NCBI GenBank assembly: GCA_965206645.1
Contig: CBDBKE010000003.1
Span: 224,001-288,000, forward strand
Direction of reading: 5' to 3'
Origin: Terriglobia bacterium
GTDB lineage: Bacteria; Acidobacteriota; Terriglobia; JAJPHL01; JAPKYU01
DNA length: 64,000 bases
The notes below the pieces were generated by a model. That model was not told where the DNA came from. It searched no databases and saw nothing but the letters and a program-made list of their open reading frames with translations. This document shows, in pieces, positions 39,420-50,053 of the stretch; positions within the stretch are counted from its first letter, which is position 1, and each line of letters begins with the position of its first letter. The position numbers were made by a program, and so were the translations under genes.

Positions 39420-41067
39420 CCCGGATTTCCTTTTTGAAAACGCAGCGGCAACCTTCAGCTAACCTCCAACGTCAATATTGATACTGGTTGCAGCATCAAT
39501 CGGAGCGTTCGGAGGCGTAAACCCAATGGGTGAGAGCGGAAAACAGGGATTTCAGCTGTCGTTCAACCGATTTCTGCGAGTCGGATTTCAGGGATCACGG
39601 GTGACTTCCAATGGTGGACTGATTCTGGTCCGGGAGTTGGATGAGCGTCTGGGATTCAGCGAACTCATTGACGAGCACCTGACCGATTCGCGGGCAAACA
39701 ATGCTCGGTTTTCTTTCGCGGACTTGCTGCGGCAGTCGGTCTACAGTCGCCTAGCTGGATACGAGGATGTAAATGATGCCGAGCGGCTGTCGCAAGACCC
39801 GACCTTTCGGCTGATTGGTTCAGAGAAGACTTGGGAACGAGGCGCGGCGCTGACCTCCAGGTTGCAAACTTTCGAGACGGAGATGCTGGCGAAGGTGGAG
39901 AACTTCGTCGGGTTAGCCCGGATCAACCGGGAACTGATCGGAAAGGTCGAAGCCTTCCAGTGGCACTACCGAGCGGTGCTGGATATGGACTCAACCGAGA
40001 TTCCGGTCTACGGGGAGCAGGAACAGAGCGCCTACAACGGACACTTCGAGTCCACTTGCTATCACCCGCTGCTTTTGTTCAATCGAGACGGCGACTGTCT
40101 GGCGGCCCAGCTCCGTCCGGGCAACGCGCACAGTGCCGAGGGTTGGGAGAAACTCCTGTTGCCCGAGATTGAGCGCCAGCAAAGAATGGGAAAAGAGATT
40201 GCGTTTCGGGCGGACGCGGCCTTTGCCAAGCCGGAGGTGTACGAGGCATTGGAGGAACGGGGTGTGAAGTACGCAATTCGCATCCCGGCCAACGATATTC
40301 TGCAGCGAGACATCGAAGAGCTACTGAAACGCCCCGTGGGAAGGCCCACCAAGAAACCGCTGGTCGAGTACAAGGGGTTCTTGTACCAGGCAGCCGGTTG
40401 GAAGACGGCTCGAAGGGTGGTGGCGAAAGTAGAGCATCATTCCGGGGAGTTGTTCCCGCGAGTGGGGTTCATTGTAACGAATCTGACGCTGCCGAATCGG
40501 GCGGTGGTGCGATTCTATAACAAGCGCGGCACCGCAGAACAGTGGATCAAGGAAGGCAAGCAGGCGGTGAAGATGACGCGGCTCAGTTGCCACAAGTTCC
40601 GATCTAACGAGGTACGGCTTTGGCTGACGATCATCGCCTACAACCTGGGCAACTTGTGGCGACGGCTAGTGCTGCCACAGAGAATCGAGAAGTGGTCCTT
40701 GACGAGCCTCCAGCAGCGGCTGGTGAAAACCGGAGGACGGCTCGTAAAACACGCACGGTACTACTGGCTCCTGCTGGCCGAGGGCCATTTGACCCGACGG
40801 CTGTTTGCCAGCATGCTGGGGCGGATCGATGGATTGGCACTCCCGTCGGGATAGCCTGGGCTACGGCACACAAGAAAACGATGCCGCTATCCCCCAGGTA
40901 TGGAGAGTTGTCTGAAAAAGCTGGGTTTGGATGCTGATTGGACGGTTTTAGGGGACCCCGAAAGGGACGCTCGGAGCCGATGGTCCTCTCGGAGAAAACA
41001 TTGTACTCGCTGGGACGCAGATGCTTGTATATTTTCAATCGCCGCAAGGCCAAAAAGGAAATTCCGG
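39420..41067 (+). mobile_element. IS1380-family insertion sequence (1648 bp)
   Basis: IRs cccggatttcctttttg / caaaaaggaaattccgg; 5-bp target duplication TTTAG (39415-39419, 41068-41072). Confidence 0.92.
39526..40854 (+). CDS. IS1380 DDE transposase
   Basis: TSNGG, GYEDVND, LDMDST, YHPL, LRPGN, FRADAAF, YNKRGTAEQWIKEGK. Confidence 0.95.
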   Translation: MGESGKQGFQLSFNRFLRVGFQGSRVTSNGGLILVRELDERLGFSELIDEHLTDSRANNARFSFADLLRQSVYSRLAGYEDVNDAERLSQDPTFRLIGSEKTWERGAALTSRLQTFETEMLAKVENFVGLARINRELIGKVEAFQWHYRAVLDMDSTEIPVYGEQEQSAYNGHFESTCYHPLLLFNRDGDCLAAQLRPGNAHSAEGWEKLLLPEIERQQRMGKEIAFRADAAFAKPEVYEALEERGVKYAIRIPANDILQRDIEELLKRPVGRPTKKPLVEYKGFLYQAAGWKTARRVVAKVEHHSGELFPRVGFIVTNLTLPNRAVVRFYNKRGTAEQWIKEGKQAVKMTRLSCHKFRSNEVRLWLTIIAYNLGNLWRRLVLPQRIEKWSLTSLQQRLVKTGGRLVKHARYYWLLLAEGHLTRRLFASMLGRIDGLALPSG

Positions 41068-41093
41068 TTTAGTTAAGTGGGCACCAGGCGGAA

Positions 41094-43766
41094 TTAACTT
41101 CTGGTAATGAATTCATCCAAATTCAGGAGGAGTCGGCAAACCCCGAGCCAGGCCGCTGCCTCTGCAGGGTCGATCCCTTCAAGCTCGATCGCGGGGAATA
41201 GACTGTCCACCAATTCTCTCTTTTCCTCCAGAATATCTTTCTGCTGCTGGTAATAGCCAACCAGGCGAGCTTTTTCCTGCGGTCGGGGTTCTCGTCCCAG
41301 GGAGAGTCGGAAAGCGTAATTCAGCCGGTCATTCCAACTGCCTCGCTCCTCCCGCAAGATCCTGATGGCCATCACCTGGGCCGCTTCTACAAATACCGGA
41401 TCGTTGAGAAGGTTCAGCGCCTGCAAGGGCGTGGTAGACCGTTCTCGCCGGGTGCAGGACAACAGAGCATCCGGCGCATCAAAATTGAGCAATTGCGGGT
41501 AGGGGGTGGTGCGCAGGAACATCGTGTAAAGGCCCCGGCGATAGCGGTCCGCTCCTGTGCTTTCTATCCATTTCTCCGGACCGCCACCAAAACCCAACTC
41601 GATCACCCCCGGGGGTTGGGGCGGGCGCACGCTCTTACCCCCGATCGCGCGATTCAGCAGCCCGCTGGCGACCAATGTCGAATCGCGGACCAATTCTGCT
41701 GGCAGACTGAGGCGTACCTGACGGGCGAGCAGCTTGTTATAAGCATCGCGCTCCCGTAAATCGTCTCTCACGTTCGAGGATTGGCGGTAGGTGGCCGACT
41801 CCACGATGAGCCTATGCATCCGCTTCATGTTCCAGCCGCTCGCCATGAATTCCGCAGCCAGCCAATCCAGCAGTTCCGGGTGTGTGGGCCGATCTCCCCG
41901 GGTGCCAAAGTCCCCGGAAGTTCCTACCAGTCCGCGACCAAAGAACTCCTGCCAGGCGCGGTTGACCCAGACCCGCGCGGTGAGCGGGTTGTCCTTCGAA
42001 ACCAGCCACCGGCCCAGGGTGAGTCGGGAAGGACTGGCATCCTGGGCAGGGGGATTCAGTACTGCTGGCGTGGCGGGTTGGACCTCAATTCCGGGGTTCC
42101 GATGATCACCTCGGATCAAAATGTGCGTCTTGGGAGGATCAGGATTCTCGACGAGAATTTGAGCTTCACTCAGCCCCGGATACTGCTCCTTCAGTGTATC
42201 CAATTTGCCCTTGAGTTCCTTAAATTTCAATTCCTCGTACTTCTTACGGCCAAACGTTTCCCCAACAGTCCCAACGAATTGGTCCGTCAGCCTATCTCTT
42301 TGCTTCGGCGTTCGTAAGCCAGGGTCGAGCTTCAGTATCTGCTGCCCGCCGGCGAATTCGGTTCCTAAAAGGTCCCAGGCGATGTCATAGGAAGGATCCA
42401 CCCCTGGATTCGCCCCGGCTGCCAGCGTTTTCCGTTCCCAGTCGGGTTGTAATTCCAGAACTTTGTATTCCTCTAACAATACCTTTCTCTTGTTGTCATA
42501 TTCTGGTCTGCCTTGCAGGTAAGCGCCCAATTCCCACGAGAGAGGAGCCTCGATATTCTGTTCACTGGCGCGGTCAAAAAACGCAAATAACTGATAAAAT
42601 TCTTTCTGGGTAAGCGGATCATATTTGTGATCGTGACAGCGCGCGCAGCCGACCGTCATGGCAAGCCAGACGGTACCCAGCGTCGAGGTCCGATCCACGA
42701 CCTGTTCCACGCGATACTCCTCCAGGTCAATTCCCCCTTCCCGGTTGGTCAGGGTGTTACGAAGAAATCCAGTGGCAATCTTTTGTCGGATCGTGGCATT
42801 GGGCAACAAGTCTCCGGCGATTTGCTCGACGGTGAATTCGTCGAACGGCATATTTCGATTCAGCGCCTGAATTACCCAATCGCGCCATTGCCAGGCATGG
42901 GGTCGTACACGGTCCGTTTCATACCCGTCACTGTCGGCGTAATGCGCTAAGTCGAGCCAGTGCCGCGCCCATTTCTCTCCATAGTGCGGGGAGGCCAACA
43001 GGCGGTCCACCAGCCGCTCATACGCATCCGCGCGCTTGTCGGCCAGAAACTGGGCAATTTCCTTCGGGGTTGGAGGTAAGCCGACGAGATCGAAACTGAT
43101 ACGCCGGATCAAAGTCACCCGGTCTGCTTCCTGGGACGGCTCGATCCCCTCGGCCTCGAGCTTGGCCAGGACAAACGCATCAATTGGATTGCGAACCCAG
43201 GCCTGCCTACGAACATTGTTACGCAACTTGGGAAGGGGAGGGCGCTGCGGCGGGAGGAACGCCCAGTGCTTGCTCCTCGCCTCCGGTACTTTCTTCGCGG
43301 GTGCGCCCGCCCCCGGGCCCTCCTCCGGGACGGAAGCAACTTCTTCGGGCCACTTAGCTCCCTGGTCGATCCACGCGCGTAGCAAACCTACCTGCTCCGG
43401 GGTGAGCCGTTCCCCCACCATCGGCATGATCAGATCTTTTTTCAGCCCAGCAACCAGGTGAATCAGCTTGCTTTCGGCGCTGTTGCCCGGCTTGATCACC
43501 GGCCCCGCGTAGCCTCCGGCCATCGCGGCAACCTTTTCATCCAGGCGTAGACCACCCATCTGTTGCTTCGGGCCATGACAGGAGTAGCAGGTCTCTTTAA
43601 ACAGGGGCTCGACGTCCCGTGAAAAATCAACCTGGGTCTTTGCCGCAGGAGGCAGGGCCTGGATGTCTATTCCCCGGGCCAACTGGGGAATGTAAGGGAT
43701 TCCTAGAAGGAAAAGCACCGCTACACTTGCGGTGAAGATCTTTCGGGACATGGGAATGAAATCCAA
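41094..43766 (-). CDS. Planctomycete cytochrome c + DUF1549/DUF1553 protein
   Basis: CYSCH and CARCHDHKYDP heme motifs, HWAF, NPIDAF, YGEKWARHWLD, NPLTARV, HPELLDWLA, LNLDEFITR. Confidence 0.93.
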   Translation of the reverse strand: MDFIPMSRKIFTASVAVLFLLGIPYIPQLARGIDIQALPPAAKTQVDFSRDVEPLFKETCYSCHGPKQQMGGLRLDEKVAAMAGGYAGPVIKPGNSAESKLIHLVAGLKKDLIMPMVGERLTPEQVGLLRAWIDQGAKWPEEVASVPEEGPGAGAPAKKVPEARSKHWAFLPPQRPPLPKLRNNVRRQAWVRNPIDAFVLAKLEAEGIEPSQEADRVTLIRRISFDLVGLPPTPKEIAQFLADKRADAYERLVDRLLASPHYGEKWARHWLDLAHYADSDGYETDRVRPHAWQWRDWVIQALNRNMPFDEFTVEQIAGDLLPNATIRQKIATGFLRNTLTNREGGIDLEEYRVEQVVDRTSTLGTVWLAMTVGCARCHDHKYDPLTQKEFYQLFAFFDRASEQNIEAPLSWELGAYLQGRPEYDNKRKVLLEEYKVLELQPDWERKTLAAGANPGVDPSYDIAWDLLGTEFAGGQQILKLDPGLRTPKQRDRLTDQFVGTVGETFGRKKYEELKFKELKGKLDTLKEQYPGLSEAQILVENPDPPKTHILIRGDHRNPGIEVQPATPAVLNPPAQDASPSRLTLGRWLVSKDNPLTARVWVNRAWQEFFGRGLVGTSGDFGTRGDRPTHPELLDWLAAEFMASGWNMKRMHRLIVESATYRQSSNVRDDLRERDAYNKLLARQVRLSLPAELVRDSTLVASGLLNRAIGGKSVRPPQPPGVIELGFGGGPEKWIESTGADRYRRGLYTMFLRTTPYPQLLNFDAPDALLSCTRRERSTTPLQALNLLNDPVFVEAAQVMAIRILREERGSWNDRLNYAFRLSLGREPRPQEKARLVGYYQQQKDILEEKRELVDSLFPAIELEGIDPAEAAAWLGVCRLLLNLDEFITRS

Positions 43767-43783
43767 AAGAAAACCTGGGCCTC

Positions 43784-45232
43784 CTATGCCAACAACTTGT
43801 GCGCCACTTCGCCGGCCACATCGGTAAGCCGAAAATCGCGGCCCTGGTGGCGATGGGTGAGCTTCTTATGATTGAAACCCAGGCAGTGCAGGATGGTGGC
43901 ATGCAGGTCGTGGACAAAGATCGGATCTTCAACAACGGTGAACCCCAGCTCATCGGTCTTGCCGATCACCTGTCCGCGCTTGATTCCTCCCCCGGCCATC
44001 CACATGCTGAAAGCGTGACGGTGGTGATCCCTACCCCAATAATCTTTATCCGGCTTGCGAGCCTCCACCATCGGCGTCCGCCCGAACTCGCCTCCCCAGA
44101 TGACCAGGGTATTCTCCAGCAACCCCCGTTGTTTGAGGTCTTTCAGCAGGGCAGCAGTGGGCTGGTCGGTAATGGCGCAGTTTTTCTTCAGTTTTTTGTT
44201 CAGCTCTCTATGATCATCCCAAGTGGCATGAAGCAGTTGTACAAAGCGCACGCCCCGTTCGATCATCCGCCGCGCCAACAGGCAGTTGATGGCGAAAGGT
44301 CGAGTGGGCTCCTTGTTGACCCCGTACATCTCCAAGGTGCTGCGCGATTCCTTGGAGAAGTCCAGCAGTTCCGGACCGGCCGTTTGCATGCGAAACGCCA
44401 ACTCGTAGGAAGCAATCCGGGAGGCGATTTCTAAATCCCCCGTATCTATGTAGTGCTGCTCGTTGAGCTGCCGGATCGTATCCAGCCGAGCCCGCTGGGT
44501 TTCCTGGCTGATGCCTGGGGGATTGGAAAGATACAGCACCGGATCCCCCTTGCTGCGGAAGGGCACCCCTTGATAGACCGAGGGCAGAAACCCGCTGCTA
44601 AAGTTCTGCGTACCCGCGCTGGCGCCCGCCCCGGAACTGAGCACTACGAAACCCGGCAGGTTTTGCGACTCGCTGCCCAAACCGTAGGTCACCCAGGCTC
44701 CCATCGAGGGACGACCCGGGAGCGGGCTCCCACAGTTGATCATCAACTGACCTGGGTGGTGGTTGATCTGGTTGGTCTGCATCGAGCGAATCAGGCAGAT
44801 GTCGTCAGCACGGGTGGCCAAGTGGGGCAGCCAATCGGAAATCTCGATCCCGGATTCTCCGTGGGGCTTAAAAACCCGCGGGCTGGCCCAGATCTTAGCC
44901 GTAGGCTGGATGAAGGCCAGGTTGCCCACTTGCTTCCTCATCGACTCGGGTAAGCTCTGCCCTTCCCACTTCTTCAATTCCGGCTTGGGGTCAAGCAGAT
45001 CGATCTGGCTCGGCGCCCCGGCCATGAACAGGAAAATCACATTCTTGGCCTTGGGGGTGAAATGGGGCAGCTTGGGTTGCAGCGGATTCACATCGGGCAA
45101 TCCTTCGCTCAGTGTTCCGGCCGACCCTTCCAGCGCCAACAGATGCCAGAAGGCGATCATCCCTATGCCGCCGGCACACTCCTGTAGAAAACTCCGACGG
45201 TTTTGTATGCGCTGGAACTCTTGAAAGTCCAT
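43784..45232 (-). CDS. DUF1501 protein (Tat-like RR signal)
   Basis: RRSFLQ, KAKNVIFLFMAGAPSQID, GEFGRTP, GRDHH, GRDFRLTDV. Confidence 0.93.
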   Translation of the reverse strand: MDFQEFQRIQNRRSFLQECAGGIGMIAFWHLLALEGSAGTLSEGLPDVNPLQPKLPHFTPKAKNVIFLFMAGAPSQIDLLDPKPELKKWEGQSLPESMRKQVGNLAFIQPTAKIWASPRVFKPHGESGIEISDWLPHLATRADDICLIRSMQTNQINHHPGQLMINCGSPLPGRPSMGAWVTYGLGSESQNLPGFVVLSSGAGASAGTQNFSSGFLPSVYQGVPFRSKGDPVLYLSNPPGISQETQRARLDTIRQLNEQHYIDTGDLEIASRIASYELAFRMQTAGPELLDFSKESRSTLEMYGVNKEPTRPFAINCLLARRMIERGVRFVQLLHATWDDHRELNKKLKKNCAITDQPTAALLKDLKQRGLLENTLVIWGGEFGRTPMVEARKPDKDYWGRDHHRHAFSMWMAGGGIKRGQVIGKTDELGFTVVEDPIFVHDLHATILHCLGFNHKKLTHRHQGRDFRLTDVAGEVAHKLLA

Positions 45233-45235
45233 GGG

Positions 45236-47929
45236 TCACTCCCTGGTAATGAACTCATCCAGATTCAGTAGCACGCTGCTAAGACCCACCCAGGCAGCGG
45301 CTTCGGCAGGCTCCACCCCTTCCACCCCCTGAGCGGGGAACACCTTCTCGATGGACTGAGGATCGCGCTGCAGAACTTCCTTCTGCTGCTGGTAATACTG
45401 GATGAGGGGATCTTTCTCCGCCGGACGGGGCTTGCGGGCCAGACACAGGCGGAAGGCATATTCAATCCGGTCACTTAAACTTCCGGGTTTCTCTCGCAGC
45501 ACCCTGGCAGCCAGGCCCTGCGCCGCCTCGAAAAATACCGGGTCGTTCAGCAAGTTTAAAGCCTGCAAGGGGGTGGTGGAGCGCTCCCGCCGGCTACAGG
45601 AACTCAGCGAATCCGGCGCGTCAAAGGTCGTCATTTGCGGATAGGGCACCATCCGCTGGAAGAAGGTATAGAGGCCCCGGCGATAGCGGTCCGCTCCCTT
45701 ACTCTCGTCCCAGAAGATCCACTCATTCATGCCAAAGCCGAGTTCCAGGACACTGGTAGGTAGCGGCGGGCGCACGCTCTTGCCCCCGATGGCCGGGTTC
45801 AACAGGCCACTGGCCGCTAGCGTCACGTCCCGGATCAGCTCCGCCGACAAGCGAAGCCGCGGTTGACGCGCCAGCAACTGGTTGGAGGGATCGCGCTCTT
45901 CCAGCTCCGGGCGGACCTTCGACGACTGCCGGTAGGTGGCCGAGGTCACCAACAGCTTGTGCAACTTCTTCACATTCCAGCCATTGTCCATGAACCCCAC
46001 CGCCAGCCAATCCAGCAGCTTCCGATGCGCGGGCGGTTTGCCACGCGTGCCAAAGTCCTCGGAGGTTTCCACCAAGCCCCGGCCAAACAACTCCTGCCAC
46101 ATCCGGTTCACCGTCACCCGCGCCGTCAGCGGGTTCTCCGTCGATACCAGCCATCGCGCCAGGCTGAGGCGGTTGGCGTGGCCATTCGGAGAACGCAGGG
46201 GCGGTAGGAACGCCGGCGTATTGGGTTGAACCTCTATGCCCGGACGATCCCAAACACCCCGAATGAGTAAATGCGTCTTAGGAGGAGTAGGGTTCTCGTT
46301 CAGCGTCAGCGCTTCGCTCAACGCCGGATATTCCCCCTTTAAATACCCCAGCTTTTTCCGCAGCTCCTTAAACTTTTTCTTCTCTTTTGGTCCAAATTCA
46401 GGTGGGGGCCACTTGACAAAGTGATCGACGAGCAAGTCCTGCACCTTCTGGGAGCGTTGAGAGGGGGGAATCCGGATAAGGTCATGCGCACCGTCGGTCC
46501 CGTGGTCGGGGTCAACAGCTAGGTAGTGCCATTCGACTTGCCAGGGGAGACTGGCGGACTCGAGATTGTCGCCAGTTTCCAGCATCTTCTTCTCCCACTC
46601 TGGATAGAGTTTCGGCACACCGTAGTCGGCCAATAGCTCCCGTCTCTTCTTGTCATACTCCGGCTTCCGCAGAAGGTAGGGCCCCAACTCCCCAGGCAAA
46701 GGGGCTTCAATGTTGACTTCCTGGCCGGTATCAAAGAAGGCGTACAGTTGGTAATAGTCTTTCTGGGTAACGGGATCGAACTTATGGTCGTGACACTGCG
46801 CACAACCCACCGTCAGGCCCAGCCACACGGTGCCCAGAGTATTGGTGCGATCCAGCACCTGCTCGTTGCGCCTCTGTTCCAAAGGCATGCCGCCTTCCCG
46901 GTTGGTCAGGGTATGGCGCAGAAATCCGGTCGCGACCTTCTGTTCCACCGTGGCGTTGGGCAGCAGGTTGCCCGCCAGCTGCTCAATGGTGAACTGATCA
47001 AAGGGCATATTGCGGTTCAGCGCGTCGATCACCCAATGACGCCAGCGCCAGGCATGGGATCGGGCCCTATCGTTTTCGTAACCGTCGCTCTCGCCATAGT
47101 GCGCCAGATCGAGCCACTGACGGGCCCATTTCTCCCCGTAGTGGGGCGAGGCGAGCAGCCGGGCCACCAAACGCTCATAAGCATCAGGCCGGTTGTCGGC
47201 CAGGAATTCATCGACTTCCCGGGGGGTAGGCGGCAGGCCAATCAGATCCAGACTCACTCGCCGGATCAGCGTAGTGCGGTCAGCTTCCGGCGAAGGTTCA
47301 ATCCCTTCCGCCTCCAGCTTAGCCAGCACAAAGGCATCGATGGGGTTTCTTATCCAAGTTCGATTCCGGGCCCGATTCCTGACCTGGGGCACCGCAACCC
47401 GTTGCGGCGGTATGAAGGCCCAATGGGTCGTCTGGGGCCTCTCGCTCTGAGCCGCTTCAGGCCCGGGGGCCGCCTGCTGCTCAGGCCACTCAGCTCCTTG
47501 ATCAATCCATGCCCGCAATAGACCTACCTGCTCGGGGGTGAGCTTTTCGCCGACCAGCGGCATCACCAAGCTTTCCTTGTCTTTGTCTTTCTTTACCCCC
47601 GCTACCACATGGATCAGCTTGCTCTCGGCACTGTTCCCCAACAGGATGACGGCGCCTGAGTATCCACCCGCCAGGGCAGCCTCTCGACTATCCAGCCGCA
47701 ACCCTCCCATCTGCTTCTCTGGCCCGTGGCAGGACTCACACCTCTCTTTGAAGAGGGGACCGACGTCGCGCCAAAAATCCACCTGGCTCTTGGCCGGCGG
47801 AGGCAGCGCCCCCTCATCAGTCTCGCCGGCCGGCTGCAAGGCTGCCCCTGCTGAGACGGCCACCAGGCAGCAACCCAAACCCCAGATTCGAAGCCAAGTT
47901 CGAAGCCACATTCGATGATTGTTACGCAT
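45236..47929 (-). CDS. Planctomycete cytochrome c + DUF1549/DUF1553 protein (paralog)
   Basis: CESCH, CAQCHDHKFDP and the same motifs as 41094-43766; start uncertain (47929 or 47911). Confidence 0.92.
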   Translation of the reverse strand: MRNNHRMWLRTWLRIWGLGCCLVAVSAGAALQPAGETDEGALPPPAKSQVDFWRDVGPLFKERCESCHGPEKQMGGLRLDSREAALAGGYSGAVILLGNSAESKLIHVVAGVKKDKDKESLVMPLVGEKLTPEQVGLLRAWIDQGAEWPEQQAAPGPEAAQSERPQTTHWAFIPPQRVAVPQVRNRARNRTWIRNPIDAFVLAKLEAEGIEPSPEADRTTLIRRVSLDLIGLPPTPREVDEFLADNRPDAYERLVARLLASPHYGEKWARQWLDLAHYGESDGYENDRARSHAWRWRHWVIDALNRNMPFDQFTIEQLAGNLLPNATVEQKVATGFLRHTLTNREGGMPLEQRRNEQVLDRTNTLGTVWLGLTVGCAQCHDHKFDPVTQKDYYQLYAFFDTGQEVNIEAPLPGELGPYLLRKPEYDKKRRELLADYGVPKLYPEWEKKMLETGDNLESASLPWQVEWHYLAVDPDHGTDGAHDLIRIPPSQRSQKVQDLLVDHFVKWPPPEFGPKEKKKFKELRKKLGYLKGEYPALSEALTLNENPTPPKTHLLIRGVWDRPGIEVQPNTPAFLPPLRSPNGHANRLSLARWLVSTENPLTARVTVNRMWQELFGRGLVETSEDFGTRGKPPAHRKLLDWLAVGFMDNGWNVKKLHKLLVTSATYRQSSKVRPELEERDPSNQLLARQPRLRLSAELIRDVTLAASGLLNPAIGGKSVRPPLPTSVLELGFGMNEWIFWDESKGADRYRRGLYTFFQRMVPYPQMTTFDAPDSLSSCSRRERSTTPLQALNLLNDPVFFEAAQGLAARVLREKPGSLSDRIEYAFRLCLARKPRPAEKDPLIQYYQQQKEVLQRDPQSIEKVFPAQGVEGVEPAEAAAWVGLSSVLLNLDEFITRE

Positions 47930-48307
47930 GGACCTCAACCCGAGAGACTCGTGTACTGCCTGCTCACACACTCCTCCGCTAGTGCTATTGTACATTCCCG
48001 TCCTCGGGGGTTCAAGCATCCCTCGGGGACCAACCCTGGGGATCAAGCCTGGCGATCAACTTTGGCGGTCAGCGCGGGCATCAGCCCGGCTTGTCCCCTG
48101 GACGGCTTCTAAACAGCTAGAGCGCGCTGCTGACAGCCACTGGCCTGTGGGTATGGTTCCGAACGAGTCGAGCCCCCGGCACTCGAGCGATCGGCATCTG
48201 GCGTCCGGGGTAAGCAGCGCCGAGCCGTTGCCTTTTGCGGAGTCTTCAGCTATCTTTGATGCCGCATCATCTGCGCGGGAATTCCAGATGGAGAAGGAAC
48301 CTAGTTC

Positions 48308-49003
48308 ATGAACCTGATTGCCAATACCTACCTTGATGCCATTGACCAGCAGGTTGCCACGCGCAGCCTTTTGCTACATCCCTTTTACCAGAGCTGGACC
48401 CAGGGGAAGCTCAGTCACGAGGCTCTCGGCGGCTATGCCGAGCAGTATTACCATCACGTTGCGGCCTTCCCCACCTACCTATCCGCCCTGCACTCCCACA
48501 CGGAGGACGCCGTCGTCCGACGGCACATCCTGGCCAATCTGATGGACGAAGAGGCCGGCACCCCGAACCACCCGGAGCTGTGGCTTCGCTTTGCCGAAGC
48601 GTTAGGCCTGAATCGGGAACAAGTGCAGCAGGCGAAACTGTGGGACGAGACCAAAAGCCTGATTCATACCTTTCGCAGAATCTGCCGTGACCGCAGCCCG
48701 GCCGATGGTGTGGCGGCTCTTTATGCATATGAGAGCCAGATTCCCGCTGTGGCAGAATCCAAGATTGGCGGACTCAGAAAATTCTACGGTTTCGAGGACC
48801 CGCGCGGCCTGGCTTATTTTCACGTCCATGTGGAGGCGGATCGCGAGCACGCTGAGGTCGAGCGCGGGTTGCTGGAGTCCTACCTGAACGAAACTACAGC
48901 GACCTCGGCCACCGAGTCGGCTGGCGAGGTGCTTGACGCGCTGTGGGCGTTTCTGTCAGCAGTCTGCCGGCGCCACGGCATCGCCTGTCCGACTGCGTCC
49001 TGA
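48308..49003 (+). CDS. CADD/CT610-like heme-oxygenase-like dimetal protein (putative p-aminobenzoate synthase)
   Basis: HPFYQSW, YYHHVAAFPTYLS, NLMDEEAG..NHPELW, ALYAYESQIP, ESKIGG, HVEADREH. Confidence 0.88.
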   Translation: MNLIANTYLDAIDQQVATRSLLLHPFYQSWTQGKLSHEALGGYAEQYYHHVAAFPTYLSALHSHTEDAVVRRHILANLMDEEAGTPNHPELWLRFAEALGLNREQVQQAKLWDETKSLIHTFRRICRDRSPADGVAALYAYESQIPAVAESKIGGLRKFYGFEDPRGLAYFHVHVEADREHAEVERGLLESYLNETTATSATESAGEVLDALWAFLSAVCRRHGIACPTAS

Positions 49004-49180
49004 CCCGCAGACCTGAACCCCTGGTCTGGCCCCTGCTTGGCTATGACTTTTCTTCCCGCGTGGTGCGTCCGTACGGCGAGAATGAGCGGCGAGAATGGTA
49101 AGCTGGTATGGGAAGACCTTTGATGGAGAGGGTTGTACCTTTGAGTTTGGCTTCTTGTTTTCTCTTGGCGAGGTGAAGCC

Positions 49181-50053
49181 ATGGACCCCAAGCCCGAGGC
49201 CGCAAGCAAGATCTCTGCCCCGCTGATTTCCGATCGCAAGCTGCGTGGGGAAAAGATCACCTGCCTGACCGCGTATGACTATCCCACAGCCCGGTTGGTG
49301 GACGAGGCGGGGATCGACCTGATTCTTGTGGGGGATTCCCTGGGGCAGGTGGTACTGGGCTACGAATCGACGATTCCGGTGACGGTGGAGGAAATGCTCC
49401 ACCACCTGCGCGCGGTGCGCCGAGGGACGCAGCGCGCCCTATTGGTCGTCGATCTCCCCTACGGCTCCTACCACCCGAGTGAGGAAGAGGGCCTGCGGAC
49501 CGCCATTCGCTTCTTCAAGGAAGGAGGCGCCGAGGCCGTGAAAATCGAGGGGGGCAAGAAGCGGATGGGCCTCATTCGCCGTCTAGTCGAGGCCGAAATT
49601 CCGGTGATGGGCCACATTGGCCTGACCCCGCAATCGGTTCGTGCGTTCGGCGGTTATCGTGTGCAAGGCAAAACCATCGAATCGGCCAACGACGCGCTGG
49701 CCGATGCCCAAGCTGTGGAGGACGCTGGCGCATTTTCCATCGTACTGGAAGGTATTCCGAGGGAACTCGCGGCCATCATCACCCGTCGGCTGCGCATTCC
49801 CACGATCGGCATCGGCGCCGGGCCCGAGTGCGACGGCCAAGTCCTGGTGATTCACGATCTTCTGGGCTTGAGTTTTCAGGCACAACCAAAGTTTGTGCGG
49901 GCGTACGCCGATCTCACACAGACGGCGCGGGACGCGTTGGTGCGATTCCGCAACGACGTCCTGGTGGGCCGCTACCCGAGCGACCGAGAGTCATACCACT
50001 GGCCAGCGGGCTTGCGCGAACAGTTCGAGAAAGTGGACGTAAATAAAATATAG
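49181..50053 (+). CDS. panB: 3-methyl-2-oxobutanoate hydroxymethyltransferase
   Basis: LTAYD, LVGDSLG, VKIEGG, HIGLTPQS, TIGIGAG, DGQVLVIHD. Confidence 0.97.
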   Translation: MDPKPEAASKISAPLISDRKLRGEKITCLTAYDYPTARLVDEAGIDLILVGDSLGQVVLGYESTIPVTVEEMLHHLRAVRRGTQRALLVVDLPYGSYHPSEEEGLRTAIRFFKEGGAEAVKIEGGKKRMGLIRRLVEAEIPVMGHIGLTPQSVRAFGGYRVQGKTIESANDALADAQAVEDAGAFSIVLEGIPRELAAIITRRLRIPTIGIGAGPECDGQVLVIHDLLGLSFQAQPKFVRAYADLTQTARDALVRFRNDVLVGRYPSDRESYHWPAGLREQFEKVDVNKI

